Origin: Pseudomonadota bacterium
Lineage (GTDB): Bacteria; Bdellovibrionota_B; Oligoflexia; Oligoflexales; CAIMVM01
Length of the DNA stretch: 17,649 nucleotides
Direction: 5' to 3'
Assembly: GCA_037142195.1 (NCBI GenBank)
Contig: JBAXBA010000076.1
Coordinates: 1 to 17,649, forward strand
Within the stretch, counting starts at the first letter, position 1. Each line of letters starts with the position of its first letter. Positions 1-6,254 of this stretch are shown in pieces. The notes under the pieces are model-generated. The model was not told the origin of the DNA, did not search any database, and saw nothing but the letters and a program-made list of their open reading frames with translations. Both the position numbers and the translations under genes were made by a program.

Positions 1-10
1 ACCGATCTGT

Positions 11-37
11 AAAGGTTTCCCCCTAGACTGCCGATGG
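11..37 (+). promoter_or_regulatory. Candidate sigma-28 (FliA) promoter
   Basis: AAAGGTTT (11-18) - 11 nt - GCCGATGG (30-37), compared with the consensus TAAAGTTT-N11-GCCGATAA (6/8 and 6/8 matches, canonical spacing). It lies about 30 nt upstream of the ATG at 69. Confidence 0.5.
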
Positions 38-59
38 ATTTTTTAATCCAATCTAGGGG
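20..59 (+). promoter_or_regulatory. Hairpin occluding the Shine-Dalgarno of the EAL gene
   Basis: CCCCTAGA (20-27) pairs with TCTAGGGG (52-59), and the inner TGGATT (35-40) pairs with AATCCA (45-50). The 3' arm covers most of the AGGGGA RBS (55-60). Confidence 0.5.
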
Positions 60-68
60 ACGACTAAA

Positions 69-1823
69 ATGATTGTGGTTTCGACACAGAAATACGAGTT
101 AGGCGCCATTATTTCGCAAAAATTACGGGCGATTAGCGTAAACGTTGCCTCTGTCGAGCCGAGCCCTGAGAGCTTTTTAAGGTTCTATAGTACCGATACA
201 ACGTGTCTCGTGGTCGACAGTGAACATCCTACACTGCCTCGTGAAGCTTGGTTGGATATGATCTATAGCTTAGGGCGAAGGGTTCCTGTGATTGTGCTTG
301 CTGACGATCATCCCTTGCTTGAAGTCCACAGAAATGAGCCGGTCTATTGGGTTGTTGGACCCAACTTTCAAAACATCTTGGAGGCAATGGACCATTCGGG
401 TGCCCTTGGAAAGGCAGCCGTAAATGTGGGACGAAACTCCATTGCTACTTATGACACTCAAATTCCTAAGCAGATGCTTCTCAAAAATAAATCCCTTTCG
501 GTGTTGCTTATTGATGCTACCAATCTGCAATCTTTAGCAGTGGATTATGGAAACGAAGTATTTTTGCAAATGCAAGCTTTCTTTGAAAAACAGTTGTTTA
601 GTTTATGGGGTGCTCCTGGGTCCTTTCGTTCCGGGGATGTGCTTTGCAAAAGAACAAATTCGAGCTGTATTTACTATATTTTTCTTGAGCTGTCTCGAGC
701 CAATAAAAGCATACCGGTACCGGGAGCCCTAGAAAAACTTGCAGACAGACTGTCAAAAAATCTGCAATTTCGAGTTTGGAATGACTTTTTTAAGAATAAA
801 AAAGAACGTGAAATCCCAGAGTCTATCGAGATATTAAGTGAATTTTCCGTGGGCCATGCCACAGTTATTTTTAATCCTTGCAACAAGCTGGAAGAGTCCA
901 TTGACTCCTTGCTGGAACTCGCTCAGACTGCAAGCGCGATTCAGCTAGAAAAAATTAGGAATCGTCAGAAAGAGGTGCTTCAAACCTTGATACAGTATGA
1001 AGGCCTTCTATACCCCAATTTCCAAGCCGTGTTTTGGGCTCAAAATATGACTAAGGAAGAAGCTGAAGCAACCAAAAATGGCACTTCTATTGGCCATCTG
1101 AACAACTACCTTTATGGCTTTGAGTCTTTGATTCGAGTTTCTCAGGCGTCCGTCGACAAAATACTAGATGAAGATGGACCGGTATACCTCGAAGGGAGAT
1201 ATCTAAGACCTGATGTTCTCTTTGGAATTGCTTCTAAGTGTCGCCTCAGTCTTGAGCTGGATCAGGCCTGTATTCAATTGGGAAGTCGCTATGGCGCTGC
1301 GCTGCCAGGAAAACTTCTTATCAATATTTTGCCCCGCAATCTTTACTATATTGAACATATCAAACATATGATTCCAGAAAACATGGAAGTGATTTTCGAG
1401 CTGTCTGAGTCTGAAGCTATTAATAATTTTGAACTTTTAATGAAAGTCCGCGATACTCTGATGAAGATGAATCTGGGAGTTGCGGCTGACGACTTCGGCA
1501 AAGGCTATGCTGGCCTGGAACGAGTTATCAAAGTTAAGCCAGACCTTATAAAACTCGACCGCATGCTGATCCAAAATATCGATCAAGATGAACCGAAAAA
1601 AGCTTTTGTAAAAGGTCTCGTGGAAGCTGCAAGTACAGCAAATTCTACTATTTTAGCTGAAGGCGTCGAAACGATTGAGGAGTTTGAAACACTAAAAGGC
1701 CTGGGTATTGATTTAGTACAAGGCTTTCTATTCCACAGACCTCAATCCCTGGAAACCATTTTGCTAGACATAACGGAAGCAGCACCTGAGTTGAAATCCC
1801 AAGTCCTCAAAAAATCTGCCTAG
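69..1823 (+). CDS. c-di-GMP phosphodiesterase: atypical receiver-like N-terminus + degenerate GGDEF + EAL domain
   Basis: The C-terminal EAL motifs are all visible: GFESLIR, LINI, FELSE, DDFGKGY, IKLD, AEGVET, QGFLF. The central SVLLID...DYG...RSGDVLCKRTNSSC segment follows the GGDEF-domain pattern but lacks GGDEF. The N-terminal CLVVD..HP...VPVIVL resembles a receiver domain. Confidence 0.92.
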   Translation: MIVVSTQKYELGAIISQKLRAISVNVASVEPSPESFLRFYSTDTTCLVVDSEHPTLPREAWLDMIYSLGRRVPVIVLADDHPLLEVHRNEPVYWVVGPNFQNILEAMDHSGALGKAAVNVGRNSIATYDTQIPKQMLLKNKSLSVLLIDATNLQSLAVDYGNEVFLQMQAFFEKQLFSLWGAPGSFRSGDVLCKRTNSSCIYYIFLELSRANKSIPVPGALEKLADRLSKNLQFRVWNDFFKNKKEREIPESIEILSEFSVGHATVIFNPCNKLEESIDSLLELAQTASAIQLEKIRNRQKEVLQTLIQYEGLLYPNFQAVFWAQNMTKEEAEATKNGTSIGHLNNYLYGFESLIRVSQASVDKILDEDGPVYLEGRYLRPDVLFGIASKCRLSLELDQACIQLGSRYGAALPGKLLINILPRNLYYIEHIKHMIPENMEVIFELSESEAINNFELLMKVRDTLMKMNLGVAADDFGKGYAGLERVIKVKPDLIKLDRMLIQNIDQDEPKKAFVKGLVEAASTANSTILAEGVETIEEFETLKGLGIDLVQGFLFHRPQSLETILLDITEAAPELKSQVLKKSA

Positions 1824-1951
1824 GAGTCACAAAGTTACGCCCATTTGTTACGATTTCGGTGATCGTTGGGATTTAGATCCAAAACCAATATTTTTAAAGT
1901 GAAAGATGGCTACCTTTTATTGCAGGATCGGAAAGAAATTCTCGCATGGGC

Positions 1952-2144
1952 TTCTGTGGCTATGATTGAGAGCCTTTAGGTCTCGCTAAAACACATAGGA
2001 AAGAACGTTTTGCAGTTTACCGGCCCAAGCGATCTATTGCCTTTCAGATGCCAGATAGAATCGAGTAAAACCGTATCGCCTAGGGGGCAGTGTTTTTCTC
2101 TAATCCAAAACTTAAACAGCCTCCCTCCGAGGGCGGCCACAGAA
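1952..2144. ncRNA. Candidate structured non-coding RNA / long inverted-repeat element (family unassigned)
   Basis: Nested helices found by eye: 1952-1960/2136-2144 (9 bp), 1964-1972/2098-2105 (8 bp, 1 bulge), 1988-1994/2090-2096 (7 bp), 1996-1999/2079-2082, 2016-2020/2065-2069 and 2030-2037/2055-2063 (8 bp, 1 bulge). No ORF of 60 aa or more lies here. Confidence 0.3.
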
Positions 2145-2157
2145 TTATGGCCGACAA

Positions 2158-2187
2158 TTGATGGCAGTTCCTTAAGTGTGGTAAGAT
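2158..2187 (+). promoter_or_regulatory. Candidate sigma-70 promoter with extended -10 for the lipoprotein gene
   Basis: TTGATG (2158-2163) - 18 nt - TAAGAT (2182-2187), preceded by TGTG-n. It overlaps the ATG at 2186, which favours the downstream TTG start. Confidence 0.4.
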
Positions 2188-2224
2188 GAAATTAAGTCAA
2201 ATCAAGCGCCGAACAGGAGTTATT

Positions 2225-3409
2225 TTGTTAGATTCTAAAAATTTTCTCTCGTTTGCTCTTGTCGTCTTCTTGGTGGGGTGTCGAAGTGTCTCCGAACCCG
2301 GGGAAGAAGGCTCTAAGGATCAAAAAGGGAAGGCTAGCGCCTTAAAGTTGGAAGATTCGCAGGGGGCAACTGATTCCAGTGAGACTTCCAAAAATCCACC
2401 CCCTAAGACCACCTTAACCAATAAAGTTGGGAAATTTATAGGCGGTCTAGCTGAGGGAGTAACCTCCACAGTAACTAGTGTGGCAAGCAGTGTTGGCGAA
2501 GTGATTTTAGGGGGAGAAGATAAGTCTAGCAAAGCCTTAGCGGACTCTAGGGACATAAATTTTCTGCAGCTGGGCACCGGGGGCTATCGCGGCAAAGTGG
2601 AAAGCGCCTCGACTGCTATCGTCATGAACAATTTAGAGTCGGTAATGAATTTTCTTAAAGATGCCGAATTTGCTCACACGCAGTTTGTATTTAACGATTG
2701 GCTTTCATTCGATTTTGAAAAGTACCAAGCCATAGCTGTCGTTCATAACCATAAAAAGCGTGGCTCATTTTTAAAGGTAGATCGTCTTACCTACAATGGT
2801 ACCCTAGTGGTGACGGGAGAGTCTTATCAAGAAGACTCTAGCTGTAGCCTCAATGAGTGGATTTCTTCGGAAGTTAGTTTTAGTCTCTTAAAGATCCCTA
2901 AAGTTGACAAACTTCCCGCTGGCGCGGCAACGATAGCTCTTTCGGCTCCCGAGCGTAAGGGGTGTCACGGTATGTTAGGTAGCTTTCAAAATGGCGATCA
3001 GGCAAAAGGTATTTCTCATCAAGTAGAATGGCAAGGACAAATAGAAAAACCTACCCAAAGACTTCACATCTACCGAAGCACTTGGGGAGATTGGGATGAT
3101 TTCACCTCAAAGAGTTGCAAGAGCTGTCGAAGCATTGAGACCAGATATGGCTTTCCTTCTGAAAAACTAGCTATTCAAGTTACGGAAGCAGGTCAAGGTC
3201 ATATTCATATCAGAAAAATATTTAAGTTAGCGGGCATGTACTTTCTCGACTTAGAGCGAGATGATTGTCCTGTTTCGGTCAACTCGATCTTATTTACGAT
3301 TCTAAAAAAAGATGTGGAAACTACAAGTTCTCTTTTTGACTACTCGAAAGTTCTGATGACCGGGCCTTGGATTCCCACTACAAGAAAATGTGAAGCGGTG
3401 AACGAGTGA
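2225..3409 (+). CDS. Hypothetical lipoprotein with PrcB C-terminal-like domain(s)
   Basis: The ORF track starts at 2186, but AGGAG (2215-2219) sits 5 nt before an in-frame TTG at 2225. That start gives a 19-aa signal ending in the lipobox LVGC, followed by a disordered S/K/E/P tether. FDFEKYQAIAVV...FLKVDRL...LVV...C...SLLKIPK resembles PrcB_C (domain call from memory of the pattern). Confidence 0.75.
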   Translation: MLDSKNFLSFALVVFLVGCRSVSEPGEEGSKDQKGKASALKLEDSQGATDSSETSKNPPPKTTLTNKVGKFIGGLAEGVTSTVTSVASSVGEVILGGEDKSSKALADSRDINFLQLGTGGYRGKVESASTAIVMNNLESVMNFLKDAEFAHTQFVFNDWLSFDFEKYQAIAVVHNHKKRGSFLKVDRLTYNGTLVVTGESYQEDSSCSLNEWISSEVSFSLLKIPKVDKLPAGAATIALSAPERKGCHGMLGSFQNGDQAKGISHQVEWQGQIEKPTQRLHIYRSTWGDWDDFTSKSCKSCRSIETRYGFPSEKLAIQVTEAGQGHIHIRKIFKLAGMYFLDLERDDCPVSVNSILFTILKKDVETTSSLFDYSKVLMTGPWIPTTRKCEAVNE

Positions 3410-3413
3410 AAAC

Positions 3414-3743
3414 TTAAGGCTCATATTCCTGGTTGTCATTTTCAACATCTTCAAGCATTTCTTCAAAGGGTTCTACAACGCCCACCTGGTCATAGACACG
3501 ACCCAGGTCGGATCCGTCGCATAGTTCCGATATTTGCTCAAAAAGCTTTTCTAGGCCCTCTTCGTGTTCAGCTAGGGTCGTGATGCCAATCCAAAGCAAG
3601 TCTGATTTTTTATCCGAATAATTAGACCTAGCCACGACTTTAAATCGAGCCATGATTTTCTCGCAGAGGCTCTTTACGGCTCTGCCATCTGAGATGTCAT
3701 GTTTTTGAACAGCAAAGGCTATTTTAAAGATACCTACGTACAT
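3414..3743 (-). CDS. DUF503 (YlxP-like) family protein, divergent, with acidic tail
   Basis: MYVGIFKI...VKSLCEKIMARFKV....D.....IGI....E.....L matches the DUF503 pattern and size. ATG at 3743 follows AGGTG; the ORF track uses GTG at 3749. Confidence 0.7.
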   Translation of the reverse strand: MYVGIFKIAFAVQKHDISDGRAVKSLCEKIMARFKVVARSNYSDKKSDLLWIGITTLAEHEEGLEKLFEQISELCDGSDLGRVYDQVGVVEPFEEMLEDVENDNQEYEP

Positions 3744-3749
3744 ACACAC

Positions 3750-4055
3750 CTACAACTTGCGAATGAAAGAAAGAAAACAAAATTTCTTGCCCCACAAATA
3801 CAATACTACATGGATTCGGTAATGGCGTCTAGAGAGGAGCGAAGACTGTTTTAAACAGAAGGGTGCGTAGGAGCCGTCGCTATTTCTAGAGTAAAGCTCT
3901 GTTTGGGTGATTCCCTTCCTATTTAAAGCTGTACAGAGCACCTTGAAATTCTTTTCAGGTCCTTCCGATAGCAGAAACAGACCTTCTAGAGCAAGCCTTG
4001 TGCTGCCCAGCAAGCTTAGGGCTAGAATCAGAGGGAGTATGCCGATTATCTTCAA
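3750..4055 (-). CDS. Small hypothetical protein with N-terminal signal/TM segment (possible pilus-associated protein)
   Basis: Its TTG start overlaps the upstream TGA (TTGA, 4055-4052) and its stop sits 6 nt before the DUF503 ATG, so it fills the gap exactly. The N-terminus is hydrophobic (MKIIGILPLILALSLLG) and there are three Cys. Confidence 0.55.
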   Translation of the reverse strand: MKIIGILPLILALSLLGSTRLALEGLFLLSEGPEKNFKVLCTALNRKGITQTELYSRNSDGSYAPFCLKQSSLLSRRHYRIHVVLYLWGKKFCFLSFIRKL

Positions 4056-4210
4056 GGTTTGTCGTCCTGAAAGCTATCTTCGAGTCTCGCGGTCTCAGTC
4101 TCGATGATTTTCTTCAAAACTTCAGTCGTCGCAACGGCTATGGAGGCGCTAAACAGGGTTATGATAATGTATTCTAAGACGGCACCGCCATGGTTGGATT
4201 TGAGTTTCAT
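4052..4210 (-). CDS. Flp/Fap-type (type IVb/IVc, Tad) pilin-like protein, 52 aa, absent from the ORF track
   Basis: Manual translation gives MKLKSNHGGAVLEYIIITLFSASIAVATTEVLKKIIETETARLEDSFQDDKP*. It has a basic leader, a G|GAVLEY prepilin site (G-1, E+5, Y+6), a hydrophobic helix and an amphipathic tail. A strong RBS (TAGGAG) lies 7 nt upstream of the ATG. Confidence 0.8.
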   Translation of the reverse strand: MKLKSNHGGAVLEYIIITLFSASIAVATTEVLKKIIETETARLEDSFQDDKP

Positions 4211-4257
4211 AGTCGGACTCCTAAAAAGTCAAACGATAGTCCATTTGGTTGAGGTGA

Positions 4258-4269
4258 TCCAAGCTTGGA
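4258..4269. promoter_or_regulatory. Perfect 12-bp palindrome in divergent promoter region
   Basis: TCCAAGCTTGGA lies between the flp-like start (4210, -) and the moxR start (4369, +). Confidence 0.3.
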
Positions 4270-4368
4270 AATAATGTGCTTCATTCTTTCGCAGTACATT
4301 AACCAGTTGGGATTTTGCACATTTCTCCCGATGTCTGATACTATACTGACAAGACTAAGGAGTTTTTT

Positions 4369-5397
4369 ATGCAATCAATCTCTATTTCCGAAGCCCATGA
4401 ATATGCTGCTAAGCTTAAAAAAGAGGTGGCTCAGTCCATCTTTGGGCAAGACCGCCTCGTGACGGAAACTCTGTGCTGCTTTTTGGCGGGTGGTCATATA
4501 CTTATGACAGGTGCGCCTGGTTTAGCTAAGACCACTCTAGTTCGGGTGTTTGCATCTCATCTCGGGCTGTCTTTTGGAAGAATTCAATACACCCCGGACC
4601 TTCTTCCCAGCGACATCATTGGCAGCGAACTTCTGCACGTAGATCAAGCTAGTGGCAAGCGATACTTCGAATTTTCTAAGGGACCTATATTTGTTAATTT
4701 GCTTTTGGCAGATGAAATCAATCGTGCTACCCCTAGAACCCAGTCCGCCATGTTAGAAGCAATGCAGGAAAGGCGCATCACAGTGGGGCATCAAAATCAT
4801 GTTCTCCCTGATCCTTTTATGGTTTTCGCAACTCAAAATCCATTTGAGTCTGAAGGGACATTTCCCTTACCAGAAGCACAGCTGGATCGTTTTTTGATTC
4901 ATACCTTAGTGGAATACCCGGATTCAGAAAGTGAACTCAAAATACTAAAGTCGCACGCGGGCAACTCACTTGCGGGAGAGGCAGGAATAGAGAACAAATC
5001 CTTCACCCTTGGGGTGGACCTCACCCAAAAAATCATGGCAGCAGTGAAGTCCATTAAGGTGGAAGATCATCTCATTGATGGAGTGAATCATCTCGTGCGA
5101 GCGACACGCCCCGATTCCAGTTCAAGTCTAGAGCATTTAAGGTCTAAGGTTTGGTATGGAGCTGGGCCTAGAGGAGGCATTGCACTGATCTCGACGGCAA
5201 GAGCCTTGGCTTTAATGGAAGGCGAAGATACCGTCCGCTGGTCCCATGTGAAAAGACTCGCTAAGCCGGTGCTTCGTCACCGCATCCGCTTGGCTTCCCA
5301 GGTTTTAAATGAAAATCAGCAGATTGATGCTTTGATTGATGAAGTCGTGGAGTACGTGGAAAAGGTGAAATCAAAGGCGTCTAGAGGACTAGAATGA
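4369..5397 (+). CDS. moxR: MoxR family AAA+ ATPase
   Basis: Walker A GAPGLAKT, RIQYTPDLLPSD, Walker B LLADEINR, ATQNP.E.EGTFPLPEAQLDRF, and a lid region GAGPRG...VLRHRI. RBS TAAGGAG. Confidence 0.97.
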   Translation: MQSISISEAHEYAAKLKKEVAQSIFGQDRLVTETLCCFLAGGHILMTGAPGLAKTTLVRVFASHLGLSFGRIQYTPDLLPSDIIGSELLHVDQASGKRYFEFSKGPIFVNLLLADEINRATPRTQSAMLEAMQERRITVGHQNHVLPDPFMVFATQNPFESEGTFPLPEAQLDRFLIHTLVEYPDSESELKILKSHAGNSLAGEAGIENKSFTLGVDLTQKIMAAVKSIKVEDHLIDGVNHLVRATRPDSSSSLEHLRSKVWYGAGPRGGIALISTARALALMEGEDTVRWSHVKRLAKPVLRHRIRLASQVLNENQQIDALIDEVVEYVEKVKSKASRGLE

Positions 5398-6254
5398 GTA
5401 CCCTGAGTGATTTGTTGCCCTATGACGATGCTGATATTTATATCAAGAGGGCTCATCATAGTCTGCGCCCTGTCGGAACATTTAGACAGCTGCTCAGACG
5501 GCCGACAAAGCTCATTGAATCCCTACGCAAATATGTGGTAGGTGATCCAGTCCAATTTATAGATTGGAAGATCTATGCAAGGTCTGATCAAACCCTTCTC
5601 AGAGAAATCAAAGAAGAGTCTTCTGTCCATGTGGGTTTGATATTTGATGTTTGTGATTCCATGTTTTGGCCATCGGAAGCGGAAACATTACAGCTTTCTA
5701 AGCGTGTTCCTCAAAAAATGGAAATCGCTTGGCGGGTAGGTCTTTTTCTTGCCGCATCCCATCTGGCTAAAGGGGATTCGTTAGCATTTGGAATTCGAAC
5801 GGGTACGGAACTTTACTGGATTCGATCTCCAAAGTCTAAAAGTGAAGTGCTACGATTATTTCAAAGTCTGAAGTATAACCATTTTGTCGTCTCTTTAAAG
5901 GAACGTGTTTCACCTCCGCGCACCCTAGATAGAATTTGGGTTTTAAGTGATGGCCTAAACGGCACAATTCCCATTCCCCATTCGGCTAAAATAAAGACAT
6001 ATATCCATATCATGGCCAGTCTTGAGCTAGATGCCTCTTGGTTAGACGACTCCTTTTCCTATTTTGACAATAAAGTCATGCCCAAGGACTATACCAGCGC
6101 AGCCTTATTGCCAGTATATGCTCAGAAACTCACGGAATGGCAAAGTAGGTTTAAAAAAGAAGTCCTAACTGAAGGACTTAATTACCTTCAAGTGTCGGAC
6201 TCCACGTCTTTGGAAATCTTTTACAGGGATATAGGGAGCAATGGACAACTTTAA
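5394..6254 (+). CDS. DUF58 domain protein (MoxR-associated, VWA-like)
   Basis: LRKYVVGDPVQFIDWKIYAR motif, D-x-C-x-SM and VLSDG. The start overlaps the moxR stop (ATGA). Confidence 0.9.
   Translation: MSTLSDLLPYDDADIYIKRAHHSLRPVGTFRQLLRRPTKLIESLRKYVVGDPVQFIDWKIYARSDQTLLREIKEESSVHVGLIFDVCDSMFWPSEAETLQLSKRVPQKMEIAWRVGLFLAASHLAKGDSLAFGIRTGTELYWIRSPKSKSEVLRLFQSLKYNHFVVSLKERVSPPRTLDRIWVLSDGLNGTIPIPHSAKIKTYIHIMASLELDASWLDDSFSYFDNKVMPKDYTSAALLPVYAQKLTEWQSRFKKEVLTEGLNYLQVSDSTSLEIFYRDIGSNGQL

Noticed and set aside
270..901. ORFs 270-530, 547-732 and 674-901
   Set aside because: They are fully nested in the well-supported EAL gene and show no protein-like features.
1866..1979. 37-codon TTG-started ORF (LGFRSKTNIFKVKDGYLLLQDRKEILAWASVAMIESL*)
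   Set aside because: It has a weak start context, no recognisable motif, and a length expected by chance.
2131..2157. GCCGACAA as a second sigma-28 -10 box
   Set aside because: There is no TAAA-like -35 element at the required spacing.
2186..2224. ATG at 2186 as the lipoprotein start
   Set aside because: It has no good RBS, overlaps a -10 element and gives an over-long signal peptide. TTG at 2225 has AGGAG at 5 nt spacing.
4228..4243. Sigma-54-like TGGACT-N5-TTGA upstream of the pilin on the minus strand
   Set aside because: It lacks the conserved GC at -12, and the implied start site would fall within the RBS.
3907..4462. Plus-strand ORFs 3907-4107 and 4265-4462
   Set aside because: The first is antisense to the better-supported coupled minus-strand genes. 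The second spans the promoter region and overlaps moxR out of frame without an RBS.
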